Virus record (IMG/VR): IMGVR_UViG_3300042013_000018
Span: 20,050-84,049 of that record
Strand: one strand, 5' to 3'
DNA length: 64,000 bases
Origin: a virus
Lineage: Duplodnaviria > Caudoviricetes
Shown here: positions 1-9,462 of the stretch, piece by piece
How the letters are laid out: each line of letters starts with the position of its first letter
Numbering within the stretch: position 1 is the first letter of the stretch
Translations under genes and position numbers: made by a program
The notes under the pieces: model-generated
Databases searched by the model: none
Told to the model about the DNA's origin: nothing
What the model saw: only the letters and a program-made list of their open reading frames with translations

Positions 1-21
1 TACTAAACATGGTAAATAATT

Positions 22-447
22 ATGACATCTCTCAATAGCCTCCTAGGATTAACAGAGGAATATAGCATGAAATATATAAACAAACAATTTCTGAATGACT
101 CAGCAGATGAGACAGGATTTATTGTAGTGAAGGCTACAAGTGAACGTTATGAAGACTTGACACGTTATTATGCAGAGCATCCTTCTTGTGATGCTGAAGT
201 GCAGATTGGTGATTGTTCTAAGAAGATTTACCTTGACTGTTCTATTCACAAAGAGGCTGACCTTAAGAAACGTACAGATAAGATTAATGTCTTGATTGAT
301 AATCTTGTCGGTCTTAGAGATATACTTCCTGTTATCTGGGCAGATGCTGTGCTACAATCTACACTGTGGCTTGAAGAGAATAAAGATGTAGAGGAGGAAG
401 AAATGGAGATTGTCCCACTTAACACTACAGGATTGAGAACACTATGA
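22..447 (+). CDS. Hypothetical phage protein (true start may be Met16, ~67)
   Basis: 141-aa ORF coupled to the next gene by an ATGA overlap at 444-447. Confidence 0.6.
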   Translation: MTSLNSLLGLTEEYSMKYINKQFLNDSADETGFIVVKATSERYEDLTRYYAEHPSCDAEVQIGDCSKKIYLDCSIHKEADLKKRTDKINVLIDNLVGLRDILPVIWADAVLQSTLWLEENKDVEEEEMEIVPLNTTGLRTL

Positions 448-659
448 AATCTAACCCACTAATTGACCTACTCGCTACAGCTGTAGTATTGGCTGCTGTC
501 CTTATAGGTGGCTATTACTATCTCAGTTGGAAGCGTGACCAACAGAATGCTCCTGTCAAGGTTGTGCAGACACAGGTTAGTAAGCCTGTAGGTACATATA
601 AACAGAATGCTGTGATGGATAAGCAATCTTTCGAATTCTTGGTTAAGCACACGGAGTGA
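444..659 (+). CDS. Small membrane-anchored protein
   Basis: N-terminal hydrophobic helix LIDLLATAVVLAAVLIGGYYYL; followed by a terminator. Confidence 0.65.
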   Translation: MKSNPLIDLLATAVVLAAVLIGGYYYLSWKRDQQNAPVKVVQTQVSKPVGTYKQNAVMDKQSFEFLVKHTE

Positions 660-674
660 CTTTATTTTAAACAC

Positions 675-712
675 AAAGAAGCCCGCTCTCTCACGAGGCG
701 GGCTTTAGTTTT
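675..712. terminator. Probable bidirectional intrinsic terminator between convergent blocks
   Basis: AGCCCGC...GCGGGCT stem (680-704), A-rich on the left and T-rich on the right. Confidence 0.7.
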
Positions 713-771
713 GAGAAGAGCAAACGGCGATAAGCTCTTTATTGTCCTATGGGACTTCTTATATTTATTCT

Positions 772-1137
772 TTATGGTAAGGTAGTTGGAACGTTAAGAA
801 CAGCATTAGATTGATTATTATTTATGTTGACAACACGACTATTCCTTTTATCTTCTACTTCCAACTTCTGTATCCTTTGTTCTATTACAGACAGCCTGCC
901 ACTTGTACCAACTTGATAGTTGTCTTGGTTCTCTGCAAGCCTATTAATACGACTTTCAAAGTAATCTACATTATTACTAATTGCTTTCAGTGAATCTTGC
1001 TTGACACCCGCAATACTTTGAATCAAGGCATCACTGATATTTTCAGCCTTTGTGTTGTTAAATAGGATAGTGATCATCAGAATGAGGGACATAAGGATCA
1101 GCAGATTAATAACTCTTTCAATCACCTTCCAAAACAT
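772..1137 (-). CDS. Lysis-cassette-associated protein with N-terminal TM and coiled coil
   Basis: Hydrophobic N-terminus (VINLLILMSLILMITILF), heptad-like C-terminus; last gene of the lysis operon. Confidence 0.6.
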   Translation of the reverse strand: MFWKVIERVINLLILMSLILMITILFNNTKAENISDALIQSIAGVKQDSLKAISNNVDYFESRINRLAENQDNYQVGTSGRLSVIEQRIQKLEVEDKRNSRVVNINNNQSNAVLNVPTTLP

Positions 1138-1146
1138 GCAGTCTCC

Positions 1147-1455
1147 CTACTTCTTTAGCTTGCCAAAGTACAACTCAAGCCTGTCCAGAATATCTTGTTT
1201 ATCTGAAACAGACTGTTGCCTCAGGTTGCTGAACATCGCATCCATCTTTGTGTTGATCCCACTTACAGCATCTTTCAAATCTTCCTTGTTCACCTTGTTC
1301 ATCTGCATAACCATAACTTTATCTTCAAGCGCCTTGAAGTCTGTACGCTGTTGTTGATACGTCATGAATAGTGCAGTAACAATCAAGGAAAGAAGTGCAA
1401 GGCTAAGGCGTTCCCACAGGTTACTAAACTTGACATTCACTTCATTATTTGTCAT
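1147..1455 (-). CDS. Single-TM holin/antiholin-like protein
   Basis: One TM (LSLALLSLIVTALFM) plus coiled coil; overlaps the o-spanin end. Confidence 0.5.
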   Translation of the reverse strand: MTNNEVNVKFSNLWERLSLALLSLIVTALFMTYQQQRTDFKALEDKVMVMQMNKVNKEDLKDAVSGINTKMDAMFSNLRQQSVSDKQDILDRLELYFGKLKK

Positions 1456-1726
1456 TTTTGTAAAGCTCCATCTTCCGCACTTTATTATCCCTAATAGCTT
1501 TCATCTGGTTTTTATACTTAGTGATGCAGCTAGTATTTTTATTATAACCAATAGCCAACTCAATCAAACTCTCACCAGCAGGGACAGCTTTACATGGATC
1601 AGTTAACAAGCTGTCCGGTGGATACACAACTTGCGTCTGTTGGCTCTGCACTACAGAAGGACTTGTGGAGCAGCCCGAGGATAGTAGGACTGAGCAAACC
1701 ATCGTCAGGCAAATAAATAGTTTCAT
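1445..1726 (-). CDS. o-spanin (Rz1-like lipoprotein); start corrected to 1726
   Basis: MKLFICLTMVCSVLLSSGC signal peptide with lipobox, Pro-rich region (YPPDSLLTDPC); overlaps the i-spanin 3' end in another frame. Confidence 0.8.
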   Translation of the reverse strand: MKLFICLTMVCSVLLSSGCSTSPSVVQSQQTQVVYPPDSLLTDPCKAVPAGESLIELAIGYNKNTSCITKYKNQMKAIRDNKVRKMELYKNDK

Positions 1727-2069
1727 TATTTGGTTTCTCTTTGGTACGTTGCACAGTAGCCTGTACAGAGGTTTTCTTTGCGGAGGAATAAGACTGAAGG
1801 TCAGTTGAAATGGCGTCTGAATACTCTTGAACAAAAATGTTTGAAGCATTCAACTCAACCACAGAAGCATCATCTGTTTTACAAGACAATTCCTTTAAGT
1901 TAAGGGACTTTTGCATGTCTGTGTTGACGTTGATGGCTACGACTAGTGCTGACTCAGCTTCAACCTTAGCCCTATAATTATGCACAGATAACCAGCCAAG
2001 TGATGCCGTTGACGCTGCCAAACCAAGAATGATATACAAAGAGATGCTAGAGAATATACCACTAAACAT
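1599..2069 (-). CDS. i-spanin (Rz-like)
   Basis: N-terminal TM then helical periplasmic region; downstream of endolysin/holin and overlapping a lipoprotein. Confidence 0.75.
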   Translation of the reverse strand: MFSGIFSSISLYIILGLAASTASLGWLSVHNYRAKVEAESALVVAINVNTDMQKSLNLKELSCKTDDASVVELNASNIFVQEYSDAISTDLQSYSSAKKTSVQATVQRTKEKPNNETIYLPDDGLLSPTILGLLHKSFCSAEPTDASCVSTGQLVN

Positions 2070-2445
2070 TTGGTGGTCCCTCTTGTGGCCTATCCCCTAC
2101 AACAATGTCACCTGTGACTGGATCATATGTCCACAATTTACGCTGCTTGATAAATCTAAAGAAGATACCAGATGCGTTGAGGCCAAACATAATCAAGCCA
2201 TACGTTTGTACAGTCATGGTTGGCTCAAGCAACCCCATGAACGGGAGGATCTGCTCAATGAATGTCAACAGAACAGATGCAACGTAACACCAGAAACTCC
2301 AAGTCTTGAGAACTTTACGCCAGTTAGGAACCACTGTAAGTTTCTTTGGGGAACTTGATACTGTAGATGTGATTGTTGCTTCAACAGCCGTATCCTTGGT
2401 TAAGGGTTCTTGAAGAGGAACCTCACTCTTTACTGAATCTGTCAT
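2062..2445 (-). CDS. Putative holin (2 TM)
   Basis: WRKVLKTWSFW followed by two hydrophobic segments; directly after the endolysin. Confidence 0.6.
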   Translation of the reverse strand: MTDSVKSEVPLQEPLTKDTAVEATITSTVSSSPKKLTVVPNWRKVLKTWSFWCYVASVLLTFIEQILPFMGLLEPTMTVQTYGLIMFGLNASGIFFRFIKQRKLWTYDPVTGDIVVGDRPQEGPPNV

Positions 2446-3007
2446 AGGCTGCCTTCAATTTAACATCGTAGGAATTTTTAGCATACGATGGGCCGTTGTA
2501 AGCAAGCGCTACAGCTTTCCAGTCTTTTGCTTTTAGTGCTTTGAGAACTTTTGGACTAGCTTTAACAAATCGGATAAACATATCAAGTTGTCCATCTTCT
2601 GTGTAAGCTGCATTCACCAACTCTTGAACTGAAGCATAACCAAGAGCTTTGTGATGAAAACCCATAACTTGATAAGCACCCCAAGAAGCACTTTCCAAAG
2701 CTGTTACACGATCAATTTCTACAGCCCTAGCAAGACGCTCATGCTCAGCAATCCCACCTTTGTATCCACCGGGAGAGGAGTTCACAATATCAGGATACTT
2801 AGCCATCAAATCAGCAGACTTCAAAGGGGTATTGTCACGTAGACGCTTGAACATGATATGACGTTCAAAGAGAATCTTTGGGACTTGTTTACCAGAGACA
2901 GGATCTGTGATGAAGCCACTACCATTACTCTCTACTGAAGCAATTGCTTTCACAGCAGCCTCTTCAACACCAAGTGTTTGAGCAGCCTTCTTATAGTCAA
3001 TCATCAA
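2423..3007 (-). CDS. Endolysin, N-acetylmuramidase (DUF3380-type)
   Basis: AIASVESNG, PKILFERH, SASWGAYQVMGFH, YNGPSY motifs; no separate cell-wall-binding domain. Confidence 0.9.
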   Translation of the reverse strand: MMIDYKKAAQTLGVEEAAVKAIASVESNGSGFITDPVSGKQVPKILFERHIMFKRLRDNTPLKSADLMAKYPDIVNSSPGGYKGGIAEHERLARAVEIDRVTALESASWGAYQVMGFHHKALGYASVQELVNAAYTEDGQLDMFIRFVKASPKVLKALKAKDWKAVALAYNGPSYAKNSYDVKLKAAYDRFSKE

Positions 3008-4143
3008 AGATTATCCTTCACAATCTTGTTCACACCTTGACCGTCATCCCTAAGCCCTTGAATCGTATTGCTTTGAAAGATGTTCTGTGTGATGATATAT
3101 TTATTACTGGTGCCATAGTTAACCAACAAACCAAACCCTTGTTGTCCAGCAAACAACCCATTCTTGAATGTGCAATTACTCACAGTGAAGTTGGAAGCGT
3201 TAGGCCATACAGACAATCCATGCCACTGACCAGCAAATCCTGAATAGGAGTTCGACTCAAACCTACAGCAACTAAAACGTGTGTTTAGATTGGTGTTTTT
3301 AAGAGTTGCCCCATGTCCACCATTATTAGCAAAGGTGCAGTTAACAAAATCATTATCCGTACTGTTACCAATAGTCATACCCTCAAACCCACTACCTACA
3401 CGACCACCAGAGAACCAGCAGTTAGTAAAAGCATTCATACGAGAACGTTCTAGACTTACACAAGACTCGTATGAGGAATCAAAGCAGATGTTAGTGAAAG
3501 CACTGTAATTCATTCCCCAAGAAGATCCTTCACATTGAAGTGAGTGCCTACCTGAAAGAATATCACCATTGGAAGCTAGAATTGCATCAGAACCGTTAGT
3601 GGCATAGACACAGGAAAGCTTGCCATATTGACTACCAACACTTGCTTGGATAAGAAAGTTGGTCATATACACATCAATCCAATGATCAATATAAATACCC
3701 GCCTGACTGAAAGTCTCAATCTGGAAGTTATCTAGCATTGCAATTGAACTGTTATCAAGGAAGACAGCAATAGAGGTGTTGTACACTCTAAATCGGCTTA
3801 GACTGCAAGTGTGACCTTTTACATAGATACCAATAGAGGCCCAGTCCTCAGGAGTGTATCCCCAAAAACTAACATGTAGATTGTCCACACCACAATGATT
3901 TCCTGTGATATTAATAATCTTCACGCCTTGAGTCCTACCATATATCTTTGAAGCTGTCCAACCACTGCCAACTAATTTGATACCCTCTGAAGGGACATTG
4001 ACAGTGCTGACACTATAAGTCCCTTCAGGGAAAAATACAGATCCGCCTGTCAAAGCTAAGGAGTTGATTGCATTCTGGATACACACAGTATCATCATAAA
4101 CACCATCCCCTTGGGCACCAAAATCTTTTACATTAATAGTCAT
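3004..4143 (-). CDS. Right-handed beta-helix (pectate-lyase-3-like) depolymerase/tailspike
   Basis: NVKDFGAQGDGVYDDT..IQNAINS...GGSVFFPEG start motif and Asn/Cys ladder repeats. Confidence 0.85.
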   Translation of the reverse strand: MTINVKDFGAQGDGVYDDTVCIQNAINSLALTGGSVFFPEGTYSVSTVNVPSEGIKLVGSGWTASKIYGRTQGVKIINITGNHCGVDNLHVSFWGYTPEDWASIGIYVKGHTCSLSRFRVYNTSIAVFLDNSSIAMLDNFQIETFSQAGIYIDHWIDVYMTNFLIQASVGSQYGKLSCVYATNGSDAILASNGDILSGRHSLQCEGSSWGMNYSAFTNICFDSSYESCVSLERSRMNAFTNCWFSGGRVGSGFEGMTIGNSTDNDFVNCTFANNGGHGATLKNTNLNTRFSCCRFESNSYSGFAGQWHGLSVWPNASNFTVSNCTFKNGLFAGQQGFGLLVNYGTSNKYIITQNIFQSNTIQGLRDDGQGVNKIVKDNL

Positions 4144-4691
4144 TCTTTCACCAGTTTAAAATTTTGGATACCCTTCTCAATCTCAAGAAGATAAGTTAGG
4201 TCTTGACAATCCTCTATTAACTTTGACGATTGTCTATCCCAAGAAAACCAGAGTTGTTCATCCTTGTTCAATCTCTTAAGAGCATCTTTCAATTGACTGA
4301 GAGTCAAAGACTCCCACACTCTATTAGAATGCAGGAAGTCTACAGACTTTATAGTTTTATCTAAAGAAAGAGTTTGTAGGGCTTTGGATAAACCTTGAAA
4401 ATCTTTTTCGAAATATGAACAATTGACTTTTCTTTTAAGACGAACTCTAGAGACAAGTTCCGATTTAAAGATGGTTAACAAGAAATCAATACTAATCTCT
4501 TGCATCCAAGCTTCGGCTTCAAAGTCCTCGTCAGCTACTCCATAAAATACAGGCACACCACTAGAAGATTCAGATTCAATAGAAAACAAGAGTGTCAAAC
4601 CAAGAGGCATATCTGGCCCTCTCTTAGCTGGCTCAACCATTACTGGTATTCTTGTTGCAACATCTACTAGGGTGTACTTGTAATATTTCAT
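4140..4691 (-). CDS. Tail fibre-associated/assembly protein
   Basis: Immediately downstream of the long fibre gene; positional inference. Confidence 0.5.
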   Translation of the reverse strand: MKYYKYTLVDVATRIPVMVEPAKRGPDMPLGLTLLFSIESESSSGVPVFYGVADEDFEAEAWMQEISIDFLLTIFKSELVSRVRLKRKVNCSYFEKDFQGLSKALQTLSLDKTIKSVDFLHSNRVWESLTLSQLKDALKRLNKDEQLWFSWDRQSSKLIEDCQDLTYLLEIEKGIQNFKLVKE

Positions 4692-4699
4692 AGAGTCTC

Positions 4700-6814
4700 T
4701 TAGGTTGGTATAGCTACACGTCGAACGGCCCTTGCAACAAAAGATCCGTTAGAAGTTGATACGATATAGGAACTATCATTACCATTATCAAAAGTCCAAG
4801 CAAAGGCTGATGCTTGTCCTTTGCTTCCATCCATTGTGGAGGTCCAGTAGTTTAACGGCTCAAATGCTTCTGCCTGCCCTAGGCGGAACGCCGCAACAGA
4901 TGTGACTGCCGGGTTGTCTGATGTGTATCTATTGCCTGCTGGCACAGAGTCTGGGTTTACACCATACACTGACAAGTTTGGGGTTGTTGTTGGCTTTAGA
5001 TACCGATAGCAAATCTCTAGCTCGTTATTCGCTGGCAAATACCAGTCTGTGTAACCATTAATACTTAATGTATCACAGAATTGAGCGGCGGGGCTTGTGC
5101 TTGGGTATGCGGTAAGGATAGTGTTTTGGTTACTTAGACCATCATTCTGTGTTGTAATGAGGGATGTTGGTGATGTAGACCGGAAAGGTAACCCCTCTGA
5201 TTGACCGCCCTGAGACTTAGGTGCGACAATCAGCGCATACTGGACAGCACCAACTGTAATATTAGCCCCGGCATAGTAGCCACCACCGTAAGGAAGCCCA
5301 GCTGATGCCGGAGTAAATACGAAGAAGATAACCTTGGTTGTAAAGGTGTACTCACCCCATCCACTCTTACCAAGTGATGCACCGGCTTGACGTACTCTCG
5401 CTTTATACTGGGTATTCTCAAGAAGGAGGCTTGGAGGGACAGTGATAGAAACTTTATTAGTAGTATTACCCAGCGATTGCCAGACCAAACTTCCATCACT
5501 AACCTTCACTATTTGCCAGTCTGTTGATACATGGGTATCTGTACCTCCAAACACAGCAAAGGGGGGGGTCGAAATGACTGGAGTCTCCCCTACGTCGGTC
5601 GGGCCTCCTGTGACACTTACTGTAGGAGTAACAACATATTGATTGGTTGTAGTAAAGGAAAGGGTGACACTCCAAGCGCTGTTACCAATCACCACACCTG
5701 TGTACCGAACACGAGCGTAGTAAACAGTGCCAATGGTCAAGACCCCAGATGGGACTTGAATGTTTGTTTTGTTTACAGTATCTACACCGGAATCAAATAC
5801 AATGGTAGTAAAACCAGAATCTGTGGCAACTTGCCATTGACTTGACTGGTGAGTGTCCTGTCCAGCCGGGGCGGTGGTGAAAGCAGTGGCTGAAAGTGTA
5901 GGGGAAAGCTCAACATTAGCTTGACCACTCGTTGGGTAAAGAATAGTTGGTATTACAACACTCTGAGCACCAACAGCAATAACAAAGTAAGAAGGCGTCC
6001 CATCTTTAATTACAGTGAGGGTAATCTGAGGTACAGTGGTCGGGTTTGGGATCACCAGACTGATTGACTCATTGGTGCGTGTTGCTGTACCAACAGAACT
6101 AGATACAGAATAGATACTAAACGAATTATAGTCTGTAATAGTATAGGTGGCAGTGGTGCCTTGGGTAACAATAGTCAGACCCGAAAGAGATACATCTTCT
6201 CCACTACCGTTGCCACTACTAACATCTACCCAGCCGTTGGAAGTGTAAACATAGGTATTTTTATTAACAGTTTGTAGTGTTACATTAACCCCATTAATAA
6301 CTGCTGTTGCGGTAATATTGGGATTTTTAGCAATAACGATTGCATCCCCAACATTAGCAGTTAAGGGGAAGGTTACAGTAAGCGGAAGGTTTAGGTAGTA
6401 GCTACGATTTACAAGAGCTGTAAAGTCACTGGAAAATACCTCATAACCACTGTAGCGTTTACCGCCAGCATAACCATTTACTGTTACAAAAGCCTGCTCC
6501 CAATAAACTTCAGCAGTATCCTCTACAGGATCAATACCCCTACTAAGTGCTTTAGAGATATAAATTGTACCGTTGCTGCCAGCTGTATAGCTCTTGTTGG
6601 CTTGATATTCAGTCTGGTCATCCCACACAGGTAGGCCGTGCTGATTGACGTGAGCGTTAAACTGGTCTTGACGGTTATCCAACCAATTGAAATTTTGACG
6701 AGTGGGGATCTCCGGTAACCAACCCTCCTGAATCTTATCGTCAGATGGTTTAATCTTGTCCCCACCATCGGCCCAGATCGTATTAAGGCTCGTAGGTTTT
6801 GGAATATCAGGCAT
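4700..6814 (-). CDS. Tail fibre/receptor-binding protein with Ig/Fn3-like repeats and C-terminal DUF1566 (C-type lectin-like) domain
   Basis: N-terminal IWADGGD..P...KIQEGW anchor, two repeated HxSxxWQ(V/I) beta-sandwich units, C-terminal GYTDWYLPANNEL...YWTST...ARAVRRV. Confidence 0.85.
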   Translation of the reverse strand: MPDIPKPTSLNTIWADGGDKIKPSDDKIQEGWLPEIPTRQNFNWLDNRQDQFNAHVNQHGLPVWDDQTEYQANKSYTAGSNGTIYISKALSRGIDPVEDTAEVYWEQAFVTVNGYAGGKRYSGYEVFSSDFTALVNRSYYLNLPLTVTFPLTANVGDAIVIAKNPNITATAVINGVNVTLQTVNKNTYVYTSNGWVDVSSGNGSGEDVSLSGLTIVTQGTTATYTITDYNSFSIYSVSSSVGTATRTNESISLVIPNPTTVPQITLTVIKDGTPSYFVIAVGAQSVVIPTILYPTSGQANVELSPTLSATAFTTAPAGQDTHQSSQWQVATDSGFTTIVFDSGVDTVNKTNIQVPSGVLTIGTVYYARVRYTGVVIGNSAWSVTLSFTTTNQYVVTPTVSVTGGPTDVGETPVISTPPFAVFGGTDTHVSTDWQIVKVSDGSLVWQSLGNTTNKVSITVPPSLLLENTQYKARVRQAGASLGKSGWGEYTFTTKVIFFVFTPASAGLPYGGGYYAGANITVGAVQYALIVAPKSQGGQSEGLPFRSTSPTSLITTQNDGLSNQNTILTAYPSTSPAAQFCDTLSINGYTDWYLPANNELEICYRYLKPTTTPNLSVYGVNPDSVPAGNRYTSDNPAVTSVAAFRLGQAEAFEPLNYWTSTMDGSKGQASAFAWTFDNGNDSSYIVSTSNGSFVARAVRRVAIPT

Positions 6815-6836
6815 AATCTCTTATCCTTTAAAATTA

Positions 6837-7310
6837 TTAGGAGAGGCTGGCTGAAATTACAGCTGAAGACATCTCGTTAGTGTACGGGTTTGGGGTGATT
6901 GGCCAGACTACAGCACTCGCCCACCCCGCTTGCAAAACTACTTTGTTCAAATTGATGCGGTATTTTTTCCAAGCTGTTATTTGTACAGCGCGGCTAGGCA
7001 GTTCTTCAGCCCAGCCCGGTTCATCCTCTCCAATCTCAATAGCATCATTAATCATGTCGATGCGACCTTGGATAGCAGTGATCTGCGCATTCGCTTGTCT
7101 CAGGAAGGCGTTAAGTTTTTCAGTGTTAACAGCCACCCAATCTATCGGGGTTGGTGGTGGGCTAATAAACTCTCCATTGCTATATAAATAACCCGGAACC
7201 ACATCGCTTGGCCCCTCGATGAAACCCTCTTCCCAATAAGGCTGCTTTTGTACAACTACACCATCTACAATCAAAAAATACCAAATTTCATCGCTCATGA
7301 TAGTTTCCAT
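6837..7310 (-). CDS. Tail fibre assembly chaperone
   Basis: C-terminal AWKKYRINLNKV...GW...VVWP.TP motif typical of fibre assembly proteins. Confidence 0.8.
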   Translation of the reverse strand: METIMSDEIWYFLIVDGVVVQKQPYWEEGFIEGPSDVVPGYLYSNGEFISPPPTPIDWVAVNTEKLNAFLRQANAQITAIQGRIDMINDAIEIGEDEPGWAEELPSRAVQITAWKKYRINLNKVVLQAGWASAVVWPITPNPYTNEMSSAVISASLS

Positions 7311-8623
7311 ATTTTAATGTCTAGATATTTTTCAGGAGTTCCTGTAGCACTTACAGGAAGACCAAGCCCACTACCGTTAACGGATTGTGCCCAGTATTGT
7401 ACAATGACGTTAGATGTTGTGCTGAGTGTGAATTGGCCGCTGGCCGTTGAGTCAGCAGACACTGTAGTTGTCATGATAACAGACAAGCCGTCTATCAGAA
7501 CTGTCGAATTTGTTGAGTTATATATTCTAGTTTTGGCCCGATCTACTCCGTAGATCTGCGAACCTAACTCACAGTAATACGTACCAGCGGGGAGTATTAG
7601 AGTATTAGAGGACAAACTAGCGCCAGAGATTTGATTAGTAATCGTAGTGTTGACAGTGCGTTGTTGCCAAGAGCCTGATACATTAGAGCCACCCGCTGTG
7701 CCTAGCGGACGTTGGTCAGTGGCTTGAAAGAGGGGGCTTCCTGATGCAGATATACCATCGATCTTTAATTTGTCTGCTGCTGTAAGTACACCAGCCGTTG
7801 TTGTTGTAGCTGAAGGTAGTGTAGTGCTCGCCCCCGTTGAGGATGTTACAACAACTGTGGATGCAGCTGGAGTATTCCCGAGATTCGTGCCTCCAACAGA
7901 TCCCGCTGCAACAGCTGCTGTGACAAAAGCTGTGCTGGCGATCTGTGTGTTATTAGTGCCTGCCGTTGCCGTTGGGGTTGTTGGAGTTCCTGTCAATGCT
8001 GGAGAGGCTAAATCTGCCTTTAAACCTAACCCTGCTGCAACAAATGCCGTATTGGCAACCTGTGTTGTAGATGCACCAGCACTAGCTGTCGGGACTATTG
8101 GAGTACCTGTGAATGTGGGTGAAGCAATATTAGCCTTCAAATTCAAAGCTGTCTGCTGAGCAGTGCTTACAGGCTTATTGGCATCAGTTGTATTGTCTAC
8201 GTTAGCAAGGCCCACATCTGTCTTAGTGAGAGTTACGTCACCTGTACGTGTTGCGACACTTGTTACGGTGTTGACTTGGGCACCTTCAGATACACCATTA
8301 AGCTTCGTCTTATCTGTTGCTGACATAAAGCCAGCTTCAGTTTGTGTGGCATTTGTATGTGCTGCACCACGACTACCAATATGGGTTGTTAGGTTTGTCT
8401 CAACACTATCTACACGAGTAGTCAAACCATCAATGTCAATAGCTTCTACAGCATCTTTAAGGTATTGTGTACGATTAGCAAGTTGCTGTTGAGCTACATT
8501 CAGATAGCCAGCAGTAGGAGTACCAAAGCTACTCTTTTCAGGACTACCACCAAGAAGTGGTGTAGTGGTTTCAACTTGAAATACTGTCTCTTCCCATACG
8601 GGATTCTCTACAATGTTACCCAT
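7295..8623 (-). CDS. Second tail fibre protein
   Basis: N-terminal NPVWEETVFQVETTTPLLGG...QQLANRTQYLK; repeated ASP(T/A)(F/L)TGTP..PTA..G..TQ(V/I)A.TAFV shaft units. Confidence 0.8.
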   Translation of the reverse strand: MGNIVENPVWEETVFQVETTTPLLGGSPEKSSFGTPTAGYLNVAQQQLANRTQYLKDAVEAIDIDGLTTRVDSVETNLTTHIGSRGAAHTNATQTEAGFMSATDKTKLNGVSEGAQVNTVTSVATRTGDVTLTKTDVGLANVDNTTDANKPVSTAQQTALNLKANIASPTFTGTPIVPTASAGASTTQVANTAFVAAGLGLKADLASPALTGTPTTPTATAGTNNTQIASTAFVTAAVAAGSVGGTNLGNTPAASTVVVTSSTGASTTLPSATTTTAGVLTAADKLKIDGISASGSPLFQATDQRPLGTAGGSNVSGSWQQRTVNTTITNQISGASLSSNTLILPAGTYYCELGSQIYGVDRAKTRIYNSTNSTVLIDGLSVIMTTTVSADSTASGQFTLSTTSNVIVQYWAQSVNGSGLGLPVSATGTPEKYLDIKIWKLS

Positions 8624-9452
8624 ATGTTACTCCAATAAATGATGCAAATTTACCACCCACACCTTCTTGTAGTGATGGTCCTGCAAGTTGTGTTCCGTCT
8701 GCTACTTGACTGCCATCAGCAAGAAGGAATGTATAATTACCAAAACCTTTAGCATTAGGAACGCCTTGAAACCCAAAGAAAGAGTCATAGTCAAAGTTGC
8801 CGTAATTGACTCTTACACCCAACGGCTGAGGAAGTAGGTAGGCATTGTAACTGTCTGTCTTTTGAATATAAGTAAGAAGACTACGCTCAAACGAGGTAAG
8901 CTCTTTACCGACAAGAAGTGTGTAAGCCGCTGATCCTTCATTCTGGATAGTTGAACCAGAGGTGGAAAAGATAAAATTAGCAAACTCCATCACTTGCTCA
9001 GGGGTGGCGTGTGTGCTGTTCTTTGCAATCTTGGCTTTGATGAAGATACGATAAACTTCATCTGTCAGTGTGATGTTACCAAAGCGTGGATTGTTGGCAT
9101 CGTAGAATACAGCACCAACACTTGGGTCATAGAAGTCACCAAATGATCCAGCATTAGGAACACCAGCAAACCCAAAGAACTCAAAGATATCTACGCTAAG
9201 TAGTGTACGAGGCTGGCCAACAATCTCGCCAATGTTATCAAGATTTACACCAACAGCAGTATCAAGGCTACGCTCTTGCATAAGCTGGCGAAAGACTTCT
9301 TGTAGCTCAATCTTTCCACCAAGCAAAACTTGGACGTACTTGTCAAATATCTTAGCGCCTTCGTTTGAGACCGGGTCGTAGCGAAACTGTTCGGTATAAC
9401 GTGATCTAGCTTCTGAGAGGTAGTTGATCACCTCAAAATTATTCACAGCCAT
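8616..9452 (-). CDS. Baseplate wedge subunit (DUF2612-like)
   Basis: AVGVNLDNIGEIVG, LTDEVYRIFIKAKIAKN; follows baseplate J. Confidence 0.8.
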   Translation of the reverse strand: MAVNNFEVINYLSEARSRYTEQFRYDPVSNEGAKIFDKYVQVLLGGKIELQEVFRQLMQERSLDTAVGVNLDNIGEIVGQPRTLLSVDIFEFFGFAGVPNAGSFGDFYDPSVGAVFYDANNPRFGNITLTDEVYRIFIKAKIAKNSTHATPEQVMEFANFIFSTSGSTIQNEGSAAYTLLVGKELTSFERSLLTYIQKTDSYNAYLLPQPLGVRVNYGNFDYDSFFGFQGVPNAKGFGNYTFLLADGSQVADGTQLAGPSLQEGVGGKFASFIGVTYG

Positions 9453-9462
9453 AAGTATCTCC

